A stretch of DNA of 48,479 nt from a bacterium (GCA_030648795.1 JAUSHC010000002.1:1-48479); one strand, 5' to 3'; shown: positions 28,077 to 36,228, numbered from the stretch's first letter. Numbers and translations: made by a program. The notes: generated from the letters alone by a model not told the origin.

Positions 28077-28212
28077 CTCCCGCCGACAATAGCGGAGGTT
28101 TCGATGAAAGTGCAGCTAGGGCGGAGGTGAAGGGGTATCCGAGGCGAGGGTACGCCATCGGAGGAGCCCCCGCGCCGAGACCAGCTGACTTTCCCGAAAC
28201 CGGAGCGTGTCG
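28077..28212 (+). repeat. Core of GC-rich structured repeat, copy A (whole element about 27890-28225)
   Basis: 131/136 identical to 36093-36228 on the same strand. Internal long-range complementarity between 28097-28117 and 28183-28201. Confidence 0.9.
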
Positions 28213-28360
28213 CCGGCGAGCATTGCGGTGGAGCCGACATAGAATACGCTTAGTTCTAGAGAGAAAAAGAGAGCCCCTTGACGGTATTGGGGAGGGGGGA
28301 GTAAGGTCATGGGTAGGTGGGGAAAACCCCGACGCCCGGGGCGTTCCCGGGTTATATTTC

Positions 28361-28466
28361 TTCGTTTTTTCACTCTTTTTCTCCCACCACCATTCCTTCT
28401 CTTCTCGTTCTTTCCACCCACTACTCTTCTTTTCTCTTTTCTTCCCCCTTCTCTCCCAACCCTCTC
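28361..28466 (+). repeat. 106-nt polypyrimidine (C/T) tract
   Basis: By hand count about 95 of 106 nt are C or T and only 2 are G. It ends at the GAGGTG before ATG 28478. Confidence 0.85.
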
Positions 28467-28477
28467 GAGGTGCTTCC

Positions 28478-28819
28478 ATGGCCCAAATCATCAATTTTTC
28501 TACGCATCCGTTGCGTACGGAAAAGAACCATGGGGGAGCTTCGAAAGAGACAGCGCCCCCCAAACCAAATCTACAAAAGGCGCAAATCATCGAGCTTCGT
28601 CCGGTCACACTGGAGGAGCTTCTCGATGCGGTAGAGAGCGGTGAATCAGGCGATGTTTCTATGGGGAATGTTCTTCTAACCTTTGACGAGGTGGCGGAAT
28701 TTTTTCCAGGAGACATCAAGCAACGAAAGAAGCGAGCACTCGCGCTCCCACCGAAGAGCCGTGCTCCTCACTCAAAGCTTCGTACTCCTCGTTCGAAGCG
28801 CGCAAGTGGTACATCATAA
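28478..28819 (+). CDS. Small hypothetical protein with basic C-terminal tail
   Basis: ATG 28478 is preceded by GAGGTG with a 5-nt spacer. 113 aa, no recognisable family. Coding status uncertain. Confidence 0.4.
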   Translation: MAQIINFSTHPLRTEKNHGGASKETAPPKPNLQKAQIIELRPVTLEELLDAVESGESGDVSMGNVLLTFDEVAEFFPGDIKQRKKRALALPPKSRAPHSKLRTPRSKRASGTS

Positions 28820-29003
28820 CCCCACTTGCTTTTTATTTTTGTCGCAAGAACCCCAGAGTTTATCGGAGGGGTGAATTGCGTGACAAAAATAACCCGCCGC
28901 GTATGCCGGTGCCTCGGAGCCGAAGCCCGAAGGGCGGAGGTATGGGGTTGGAGGAGAGGCGGGTTTTCTGGGCATCCGTCAGGCCGAGAGGCGGATATTC
29001 CTA

Positions 29004-29032
29004 TAGACAACCTTCTCGTTTTCTGCTACAAT
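29004..29032 (+). promoter_or_regulatory. Promoter-like TAGACA-17 nt-TACAAT ending 6 nt before ATG 29039 (possible leaderless mRNA)
   Basis: Hexamers at 29004-29009 and 29027-29032. A similar TAGACG-18-TACAGT ends 6 nt before the mraY ATG (40751-40780). Confidence 0.45.
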
Positions 29033-29038
29033 TTCCTT

Positions 29039-30226
29039 ATGATGACACCAGAATCACCGCGCCATATTGAACAAAATAAAAAAGTGATTTCAGTTGAAGA
29101 AGCCGTACGACGAATACGAATGCTTGCTAATTTGCGTGAGAAAAAAAAGAATAAAGAACCATTGGATGAAAAAGAAAAGCAACTTCTTCCCGCGCTTGAA
29201 GGTAATGTCGACGCTTGGCTTGGTGAACGTCTTTCTCTGCTTGCTATTTCGCCACGTGAAATGCCACGACGTGTTGCGCAGTGGATTTATGAGGGTGCGC
29301 AAAAGAATGAAGAACAAAAGGGGTATCAAGAGAGCGAGTGGCAATGGTTGAAAGAAGAAAAGAAAAAGCCGGAAGCAGCGCGTGATCCAGCATACACGGA
29401 TCGTCTTTCAGTATTTTGTATACTTATAGAAGATGCGGCGCTTGCGCGAAAATGGATGGTTGAACAACATAAGATTATTGATGACAAGGATGCCTCGCCA
29501 TTGAAACGCGTAAAAGCGCGTGACGCGTTAAAAATCACTGGACGTGAATTGGATACGCTGAAAGAATCTAAAGCGCCACCGGTTGAAGCGTGGGTCCCTG
29601 TGCGATCAGAAAAAAAGGAAACAACAACCACGCGTATTGCGGATGTATGGCATAAAATTATTCAGCATATCGAATGGCCGGCGGATATGCCGCATAATCT
29701 TCGTGAACAGATTGGACGCCGTTACGCCGCGCAGGAAGAAGAACTTGCACGGGTAGTGGGGAAAGAGCGAAACAAGGAAGAAGCAGTTACGCTTTTTGAT
29801 AAGTTGGCGCTTGGGCTTCGTGTTGTTGTCGCGCAAAAAAGTGATGCATGTAAAGAAGTGGTTGAGAGTATTCTTCGGGAAGTGAAGACGCATGTGGATA
29901 TGCTTTCTGACGCGAGTGACGTGGGGAAAGGACTTGCGACAATGAAAGAGAGTCCCGTATACTTGAATCTGCTTAGTCGTTTTCAAAAATTATTGATCCC
30001 AAGAGATCGTTTTCATGCCCAACGCTTTATTCGCGAAACGATGTACCCTCGGCTGAAGATGGTGTATAATGGGACTGTACCGGAAGAGGCATACGATCGT
30101 TTGATTGCGGAGCTTGAAGCAAAAGTACAAGTATTGCACGATGATTACGATGCCAATAAGGCTCGTATTGTGAGGGATGCAGCTCGACGACGGCATATCG
30201 TACATCAAAAACGAAAAGCATCTTAA
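29039..30226 (+). CDS. Hypothetical charged, probably helical protein
   Basis: 395 aa, rich in K, E and R, with no family motif recognised. The start was moved to the ATG located 6 nt after a -10-like TACAAT. Confidence 0.6.
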   Translation: MMTPESPRHIEQNKKVISVEEAVRRIRMLANLREKKKNKEPLDEKEKQLLPALEGNVDAWLGERLSLLAISPREMPRRVAQWIYEGAQKNEEQKGYQESEWQWLKEEKKKPEAARDPAYTDRLSVFCILIEDAALARKWMVEQHKIIDDKDASPLKRVKARDALKITGRELDTLKESKAPPVEAWVPVRSEKKETTTTRIADVWHKIIQHIEWPADMPHNLREQIGRRYAAQEEELARVVGKERNKEEAVTLFDKLALGLRVVVAQKSDACKEVVESILREVKTHVDMLSDASDVGKGLATMKESPVYLNLLSRFQKLLIPRDRFHAQRFIRETMYPRLKMVYNGTVPEEAYDRLIAELEAKVQVLHDDYDANKARIVRDAARRRHIVHQKRKAS

Positions 30227-30237
30227 CATATATATCT

Positions 30238-30630
30238 ATGGCAACAACGCCCATCAAAGTATTGTTAGTCGAAGACGACCTTATGCTCTGCGACATGTAT
30301 CAGATGAAGTTTACGTCTGAAGGATTTGACGTATGGAAGGGGAATAACGGCATTGAAGGTTTGAAGCTTTTGAACGAGAAAGGGGTGCCGGATATTATTT
30401 TACTCGATGTCATTATGCCGCAGATGGATGGGTTTACGATGCTCGGAAAAGTAAAAGAGAATACTGCATGGAAAGATGTCCCCGTCATTCTTCTTACGAA
30501 TTTAGGACAAGAAAATGATGTGAAGAGAGGGATTGCGATGGGAGCGAATGATTATTTAGTGAAAGCGAATTTTACACCGGCGCAAGTAGTGGAGAAAGTG
30601 AAAGCGTTATTAACGTCTATCAAGTCATAA
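30238..30630 (+). CDS. Receiver-only response regulator (CheY-like)
   Basis: LLVEDD, ILLDVIMPQMDG, LTNLG and DYLVKA receiver motifs. No output domain. Confidence 0.9.
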   Translation: MATTPIKVLLVEDDLMLCDMYQMKFTSEGFDVWKGNNGIEGLKLLNEKGVPDIILLDVIMPQMDGFTMLGKVKENTAWKDVPVILLTNLGQENDVKRGIAMGANDYLVKANFTPAQVVEKVKALLTSIKS

Positions 30631-30700
30631 AGTTTATAAAGTCCGTAAAGTCGCTAGGGGAAAATCGTCTTTTGACTTTATGGACTTTTAACTTTCGACT
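30628..30700. repeat. Array of TAAAGT repeats: three direct copies (9-nt period) then three inverted copies, between the response regulator gene and ndk
   Basis: cataaagtt tataaagtc cgtaaagtc ... gactttatg gacttttaa ctttcgact. A 15-nt inverted repeat at 30638-30652 / 30674-30688 has one mismatch. Confidence 0.85.
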
Positions 30701-30709
30701 CGCATAACT

Positions 30710-31288
30710 ATGCATCCAAAACAAGAGCGAACATATGTGATGATAAAGCCGGACGGCGTTCGGCGCGGTTTAACCGGAGAGATTATTTCTCGTATTGAGC
30801 AACGCGGACTGAAAGTTGTTGCACTTTCCATGGATAGTCCGGCGCGCGCGAAATTTGACGGACATTATCCAAAGGATCCAAAGTGGATCACGCGTCTTGG
30901 GGAAAAGACACTCGCGACGTATCAGAAATATGGATTCGATCCGATAAGTGAGCTCGCCACCGATAAGGCAGAGGAGATTGGTCCCATGGTACGTAAGTGG
31001 CTTCTTGATTTTATGACATCGGGTCCGGTTGTGAAAATGATTATCGAAGGCGTGCATGCGGTGGATATGGTACGAAAAATCGCAGGAAATACCATGCCAT
31101 CAGGAGCGGAAATGGGAACAATTCGCGGTGATTATTCGGTGGACAGCGCCGCTTCGGCAAATCGAGATAAGCGCGCCGTCTATAACCTCGTCCATGCGTC
31201 AGAGACACCCGATGAAGCGAAACATGAAATAGGTTATTGGTTTACGAAGGACGAAGTGCACGAGTACACGCGGACGAACGATGTGTAG
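30710..31288 (+). CDS. ndk: Nucleoside diphosphate kinase (with internal insertions)
   Basis: ERTYVMIKPDGV, FMTSGPVV, GTIRGDY and NLVHAS (catalytic His) motifs. Confidence 0.9.
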   Translation: MHPKQERTYVMIKPDGVRRGLTGEIISRIEQRGLKVVALSMDSPARAKFDGHYPKDPKWITRLGEKTLATYQKYGFDPISELATDKAEEIGPMVRKWLLDFMTSGPVVKMIIEGVHAVDMVRKIAGNTMPSGAEMGTIRGDYSVDSAASANRDKRAVYNLVHASETPDEAKHEIGYWFTKDEVHEYTRTNDV

Positions 31289-31309
31289 TTCTGATAGTTC
31301 GATTAAATA

Positions 31310-31343
31310 ACACCGAGTGATGAGGTCATCACTCGGTGTTTTA
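31310..31343. terminator. Bidirectional hairpin terminator between ndk (+) and the pilus operon (-)
   Basis: ACACCGAGTGATGA (31310-31323) pairs with TCATCACTCGGTGT (31326-31339). T-rich on both sides. Confidence 0.65.
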
Positions 31344-31356
31344 AGTATGAGTGCAA

Positions 31357-31638
31357 TTAAAACGGATCGTGAAGTTTTTGCCAATCAATCGCGCGGTCGG
31401 CGATTTTTTCTTTGAGGTTTTTCAGTACGCGGTCGAATCGTGCGCGATCAAGTGATTCCATCGCTACCGTATTTTTGAGCGTAAGAACCGTTTCTGTTGC
31501 GCCAATCGCTCGCCATGTCGACAAGAGAAATGAAGCAAGGAATATGAGCGATCCCAAAAGAATAGCTATTGAAACAATACGAGGGAAGGTACGCATGAGA
31601 AATTTTTGGAGATGTTGTTTCATACTAACGGGATTCAT
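31357..31638 (-). CDS. Small membrane-anchored protein, last gene of the pilus operon
   Basis: 93 aa with one TM helix. Overlaps the end of the pilO-like gene. Confidence 0.5.
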   Translation of the reverse strand: MNPVSMKQHLQKFLMRTFPRIVSIAILLGSLIFLASFLLSTWRAIGATETVLTLKNTVAMESLDRARFDRVLKNLKEKIADRAIDWQKLHDPF

Positions 31639-32233
31639 TATTCCACGTTGTTGTTCCGGTGAGCGTCATGGTGATTTTTTGTTCTTCCGCTTCTTTCTGT
31701 ATAGGAAGTGATGGAACATTACGCGAAAAAGAAGAAGATGTATTTGTATGATTATTCGTTGCACGAATCGTTTCTATCGGGAGATAATACGGTTCTCGTT
31801 CAATCGCGACAAGCATGTGCATTAGGGAATTCCATGCGCCATCCCACTCTAATGCAAACGGAACGGATAGTTCTTTTACTTTCTCTGCCCCTTCTTTTTT
31901 TTCAATGGTCGGAAGGGTGAGTCGGTGTCTTACGTTGTTTTCATTCGCGAGCGATTCGAGTCTTGTGATGAACGGAATACTTGCTTCATAGTGCAGAATC
32001 GCGCTCACCACCAACGCAACGTCGGGGCGAACTTTTTCCCAGTCATCACGGAGCCTTTTTAAGAGAAGTCCTTGTCGGTAGCGACTTTCAAGGCGTTCTT
32101 GCTCAATGCTAAGGTCGTTTTGTATTGCGTTGACGTCGCGGACCGTTGGCAGAATAAGAAAAAAGAAAATTGCAAGAATGCAGGTGCATAGTGCGGTAAG
32201 TATACTGATGCTTTTCGCGAATGGACCCTTCAT
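31625..32233 (-). CDS. pilO: PilO-like pilus assembly protein
   Basis: N-terminal TM helix followed by a coiled-coil segment. Positioned after pilM and pilN. ATGA overlap with the upstream gene. Confidence 0.55.
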   Translation of the reverse strand: MKGPFAKSISILTALCTCILAIFFFLILPTVRDVNAIQNDLSIEQERLESRYRQGLLLKRLRDDWEKVRPDVALVVSAILHYEASIPFITRLESLANENNVRHRLTLPTIEKKEGAEKVKELSVPFALEWDGAWNSLMHMLVAIEREPYYLPIETIRATNNHTNTSSSFSRNVPSLPIQKEAEEQKITMTLTGTTTWNNESR

Positions 32234-32763
32234 AAGGCGCTCGTATTAATGTTCGATTCCAATTGCCAATTGATGTCTTTTGGCGAGAGGAGATTCGTTA
32301 AGGGGAACGAGAGATTGGTGATGAAGGGGAGTTGCTCTAACGCTGTTTTAAAAGTGAGGAGGTCGCTCCGTGTCGCAGCTTTTCCTTTCAAAATAAATTG
32401 AGGGGTTGCTTTCTTGTTCACGGTCATTTCCGTTATCGTGATGCTTTCCGGCATTGCATTTGAAAGATGTATAAAGAATGTGCTCCACGGAGTGGTGTCT
32501 TTTTGAAGTCGATCAAGGAGTGCAGTCGTTTTATTGGTTTTTCGTACAGCGATTTCGAGTTCCCGCGTGTGGATATTTGTTGTTGGCGTTGTTGCAAATG
32601 TTAAAACAGTTTGTACGAGAAAATATTTCGTGCCAATAGTGATAATGGCGATGCAGCACGCGAGAATAAGGGTAAGCTCAAGTATCGTTTTTGTTCGATG
32701 AAAAACAACACGTATTGCGTGAAGTCGTTGTTTTTCGGGTGAAAGAAGGTTGATGATCAACAT
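32230..32763 (-). CDS. pilN: PilN-like pilus assembly protein
   Basis: MLIINLLSPEKQ (INLLP-type N-terminus) followed by a TM helix. The start was trimmed to the ATG that lies 4 nt after the pilM stop. Confidence 0.6.
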   Translation of the reverse strand: MLIINLLSPEKQRLHAIRVVFHRTKTILELTLILACCIAIITIGTKYFLVQTVLTFATTPTTNIHTRELEIAVRKTNKTTALLDRLQKDTTPWSTFFIHLSNAMPESITITEMTVNKKATPQFILKGKAATRSDLLTFKTALEQLPFITNLSFPLTNLLSPKDINWQLESNINTSAL

Positions 32764-32767
32764 ACAA

Positions 32768-33796
32768 TCATGATAGATCACGTAAGGCAAGTCCCAATGC
32801 GACTGCCCATGCAAGCGGGTGCTCTGGAAAATTGCTCGGTTCTTGAACGATGCTCCACATATTTCCTTGCGTGACAGGAATACCCAGCTCTTTTGCAAGT
32901 ATTGAATCGATTTTTTTTAAGTGCGCGCCTCCGCCAACGAGTACGATGTCCTTCGGGAGTGGTTTTTCTTTTGCCGTGATTTCGTCAAGACCGATCCCGA
33001 TACGTTGTACGGTTTCGTGAAGATGTGTTTCGATGATTTCTCGGAGAGCGCCTTGGCACGCCGTGTCGTCAAATCCGCATCGAATTTTTGTTGCTTCAGC
33101 TTCTGCGAGAGGAAGGCGGAGTGTTTTTGCGATTGCTTCCGTGAGCATATGTCCCGTGAGCGGCAGAGAAATAGTGAAGAGCGGTACGTCATGATGTGCG
33201 AGAAGAAAGAGGGTTCGTGTTGCTCCGAGGTCGATGATGACGCGCGGTTCACTTCCGCCAAAAAGACGAGCAAGCGCTATTGCTTCGCTTTCGATGGAGG
33301 AGGGGAAGCACTCTGCTTTTTCGAGTGCACTCGCTAATGCGTCGCTCGTGTCGCGTGCGACGGTTATCACGAAAACAGTAGCCATCTCTTCGTGCGTGTC
33401 AATGATTTGCCAGCTCGTGATGGTTGTATCGGGATGCATTGGGATATGTTTTCCTGCCTCTTCGCGTATGCGTTCTTCTGTTATGAGTGATGCGGGTATC
33501 TGTATAAGCGCCATTTGCGTATGTACGTCAGAGAGTGATGCTGTTGCAATAACGAGTGTCTTTGGAATCGTTTGTTTGATTTTTTTCCAAACAGTTACAA
33601 TGGCATTGCCGCACGCGGACGAATCCACCATTTTGCCGTCGCAGTGTGCTTCGGCGCCAAAGGTTCCTTCGGCAAAGCCAACAACCGTATACTGTTTTCC
33701 TTGACGTGCGAGTGCGATCATTTTTACGCCCGTATCTGAAATATCAATGCCGACACTATATTTTTTTGTGAGCCCCGTTAGAGATTTTATTTGCAT
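32768..33796 (-). CDS. pilM: PilM, actin-like pilus assembly ATPase
   Basis: VGIDISDTGVKMIAL, IIDLGATRT and VLVGGGA actin-fold motifs. Confidence 0.85.
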   Translation of the reverse strand: MQIKSLTGLTKKYSVGIDISDTGVKMIALARQGKQYTVVGFAEGTFGAEAHCDGKMVDSSACGNAIVTVWKKIKQTIPKTLVIATASLSDVHTQMALIQIPASLITEERIREEAGKHIPMHPDTTITSWQIIDTHEEMATVFVITVARDTSDALASALEKAECFPSSIESEAIALARLFGGSEPRVIIDLGATRTLFLLAHHDVPLFTISLPLTGHMLTEAIAKTLRLPLAEAEATKIRCGFDDTACQGALREIIETHLHETVQRIGIGLDEITAKEKPLPKDIVLVGGGAHLKKIDSILAKELGIPVTQGNMWSIVQEPSNFPEHPLAWAVALGLALRDLS

Positions 33797-33852
33797 ACGC
33801 TTTGCATCCTAAGTAGTGCTTTGTTTGTAAAAAATTTGGATCTCTAACGGGG
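33773..33852. repeat. 13-bp inverted repeat CCCCGTTAGAGAT / ATCTCTAACGGGG bracketing the pilM start codon
   Basis: Arms at 33773-33785 (pilM codons 4-8) and 33840-33852 (5' UTR). Confidence 0.85.
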
Positions 33853-33871
33853 TGAGTCCGTCAAACATATT

Positions 33872-35308
33872 TTATTCACTAACCTCTTCCCATGTAAGAA
33901 TACGATTGTCTCCTTGTTTGGGGAAAAATGGTGGTGGAGTAAATATAAGTCGCGTATCGTAGTCTCCTTCTTCACCGCGATATCCGGAAATAATTTTTCC
34001 GGAATCATCCACCCATGTGAATGCAGGAATTTGATTACTGATCATAGTGCCTTTTCGACTGATGGTTGATCGGAGAATAAATGGGGCGTAGGATTTATTG
34101 CACTTATAGCCATAACGGTTTAAACGTTCGTCTGAACAATAATAATTTCGAAAAATGTGTCCTTTCTGCGCGAAAATCGCTGCGTGGAGTTCCAATGTGT
34201 CCGCTGATTCAAGGGGAATGAGAATGTCGTTTTGTGCAATGATCCCGATTGATCCCAGTTTTCCTTCATTCCCTGATGCGGGGGTGGTGAGGCCGCCATT
34301 AATGATAATGGATGCGCTGCCAATCACGGTGACTGGTCGTTTCGTTGCGCCGTCAACCCAGAGTGTGTCATCAAAAAAGAATAAACTTTTTTCTCCGCAT
34401 GCATTTGCCTCCGGGATTGTCACCGTGCGGACTAGGACCTCTTTCTTTATTCCTTCCGCAGTCTCAACCCATCCGGTGCGTCCATCGTATCCCCAAATTT
34501 TTGGCTTGACTTCGGTAACGCGGAAGATGTTGAGCGTTCCGTTTTCATTCATTCGTGCATGATAGCCCAATGCTTTTGATGGTTCAAAATAGGTGTTCGC
34601 TGCTTCAGCTTGTTGTTGAAAAACAGGAAGGCGCAAAATGATCGTATCAAAATCGATTTTTCCTGTTGGAAAATCCCATAGCCCCTTTGCCCCGCCATCT
34701 CCTGCTCCCCAAACTCCCGGCTTTGTTATTGGTGGATTGCAGTCATGTTCAGCGCCGCAGATGTATGTTTGCTTTGCGCTCGTTATGCGGCTTTTGTCGT
34801 CCGAGTCCATACGGATTCCTCCATTGGCGTGTACCGGTCCTTTGAGTTCTCCGCCGCCGAACCATACATTACTATCGGTAAGGTAGGAATATTTCGTGAG
34901 TGCGGGAGCGCCATAGGTGATCGCAATATTTCGGGTGCGTTTTTGATCGGCACTGTGTCCTTTGACGACGACACGTGTACTCCCGCTGCACGTGCTTCGC
35001 GGGGAAATCGTGAATTCGAACGTGCCTACGAGTCCGCCCTGCGGATCACGATATTCATTTGTGGAAGGAGTGGTGTCATCCGGTGCGTGTGCCAAGCGCC
35101 ATCGTGCGTATTCAATACCTGCTTCTGCGGAGGCAAACGCTTGTCCATCAGCAATACTTCTTTGACTGACGTGTATCTCAAGCTGGACATAGGAAAGAAG
35201 CGCAGTAGTGAGGACAAGAAAGATGCCAAGGAACGCGAGCGCCACCGGAAGCGTCGAACCCCGTACATCATTTATGATAGCATACTTTTGCTTCTTCATC
35301 ATTTTCAT
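33872..35308 (-). CDS. Large PilX_N-like pilus-associated protein
   Basis: N-terminal RGSTLPVALAFLGIFLVL segment resembling the PilX N-terminal domain, then a large beta-rich region. Confidence 0.6.
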   Translation of the reverse strand: MKMMKKQKYAIINDVRGSTLPVALAFLGIFLVLTTALLSYVQLEIHVSQRSIADGQAFASAEAGIEYARWRLAHAPDDTTPSTNEYRDPQGGLVGTFEFTISPRSTCSGSTRVVVKGHSADQKRTRNIAITYGAPALTKYSYLTDSNVWFGGGELKGPVHANGGIRMDSDDKSRITSAKQTYICGAEHDCNPPITKPGVWGAGDGGAKGLWDFPTGKIDFDTIILRLPVFQQQAEAANTYFEPSKALGYHARMNENGTLNIFRVTEVKPKIWGYDGRTGWVETAEGIKKEVLVRTVTIPEANACGEKSLFFFDDTLWVDGATKRPVTVIGSASIIINGGLTTPASGNEGKLGSIGIIAQNDILIPLESADTLELHAAIFAQKGHIFRNYYCSDERLNRYGYKCNKSYAPFILRSTISRKGTMISNQIPAFTWVDDSGKIISGYRGEEGDYDTRLIFTPPPFFPKQGDNRILTWEEVSE

Positions 35309-35997
35309 TCTTCTAAACTTGCTTTAATGTTTCGGAGTTCTACTATGGTGTTCACCGTTGTTCCTCTTGGGAGCTGACCGGGAGCGACGTCGATTGCAAA
35401 GTTGATACCAACAAGCAGGACGGCAGTTATATCGAGTGGAGGAAGGATTTCCGTTCCATCTTTTTTATAATAACGAAATAGGGGATCGTTGCCCGTAAGG
35501 TACTGTGCGATCGTCCGTACGCTTTCGTCGCTCTCGTGGTAGTTTGGCGGGTCGCCAAAGGGTTTCGTGATTCCCCGTTTTAAAAGATTATTTTCACGCC
35601 AATAGCGAATACGTTCTCGGGAACTATCGCGGTCAATATCGCTGTAGAATTCAAGTCGATTTGTTTCTGCTTTGATAAGCGGATAGTCGCCTTTGTCGGA
35701 AACAATCGCTTCGCGCAATTCTTTGACGATCATATCCTGTGTACGACGCGCGATAGCGACTTGTGTCGTCTGGTCTGCAGTAATGCGATAATTTTTATAC
35801 CCTTGGACCGTAAGCTCGCCAAGCATCATCGTCACGAGCGAACTTATTGCGACCGCGATGATAATTTCGATAAGCGAAAATCCTCTCTCCCTCGTGGCGA
35901 CGCGGATCCTGTCATGGCGCGCTGCCTCATCCTCTCTCCTCCGGGAGGCAACCCTCTCGCCGTCCGGGATGCTTCCCTCCAGAGCTACCCCAAGCAT
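35305..35997 (-). CDS. Prepilin-type N-terminal cleavage/methylation domain protein (pseudopilin); start uncertain
   Basis: ERGFSLIEIIIAVAISSLV pilin signature. The nearest in-frame ATG (35997) lies inside GC-rich repeat copy B, which would give a 38-aa leader. Confidence 0.65.
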   Translation of the reverse strand: MLGVALEGSIPDGERVASRRREDEAARHDRIRVATRERGFSLIEIIIAVAISSLVTMMLGELTVQGYKNYRITADQTTQVAIARRTQDMIVKELREAIVSDKGDYPLIKAETNRLEFYSDIDRDSSRERIRYWRENNLLKRGITKPFGDPPNYHESDESVRTIAQYLTGNDPLFRYYKKDGTEILPPLDITAVLLVGINFAIDVAPGQLPRGTTVNTIVELRNIKASLEE

Positions 35998-36092
35998 CCC
36001 TCCCGGCGGGGGTTCCCGACGCACCGTCTTTGGCAGCATCGCCATGCCACCCGCTATGCAGCGGATTGAAAGGGACGGATCTGCCAAGTGTC

Positions 36093-36228
36093 CTCCCGCC
36101 GACAATAGCGGAGGTTTCGATGAAAGTACAGCTAGGGCGGAGGCGAAGGGGTATCCGAGGCGATGGTACGCCATCGGAGGAGCCCCCACGCCGAGACCAG
36201 CTGACTTTCCCGAAACCGAAGCGTGTCG
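36093..36228 (+). repeat. Core of GC-rich structured repeat, copy B (whole element about 35912-36240)
   Basis: See copy A. Lies between two minus-strand pilin genes. Confidence 0.9.

Noticed and set aside
28077-28212. The two GC-rich copies as the template/variable repeat pair of a diversity-generating retroelement (an Avd-like gene is present at 44331)
   Set aside because: The five differences are G/A, T/C, G/T, G/A and G/A, which is not the adenine-specific pattern of DGR mutagenesis. Neither copy lies at the 3' end of a target gene, and no reverse transcriptase is in the window.
27890-28225. The GC-rich element as RNase P RNA, tmRNA, SRP RNA, a ykkC-type riboswitch or a group II intron domain
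   Set aside because: A GGGAAAGTC word on the minus strand and CTAGGG/CCGAG words on the plus strand are reminiscent of these families. However, the other universally conserved blocks are absent: ACAGAAAGUGCCACAG and the GGUAAGAGCGCACC-type blocks, a tRNA-like 3' end, and the D5 AGC hairpin. Two near-identical copies also argue against a single-copy housekeeping RNA. This was judged from memory only, and a cmsearch is needed.
27650-28819. 389-aa plus-strand ORF, the 232-aa (28021-28719) and 96-aa (27950-28240) minus-strand ORFs, and the analogous ORFs at 35858-36244 and 35927-36259
   Set aside because: They run through the GC-rich repeat and the polypyrimidine tract and are open in several frames at once. 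They translate to low-complexity Arg/Pro/Gly/Ser strings. Their similarity to each other is explained by DNA-level identity of the repeat. Only the 3' part (28478-28819, with its own SD) was kept, as a low-confidence CDS.
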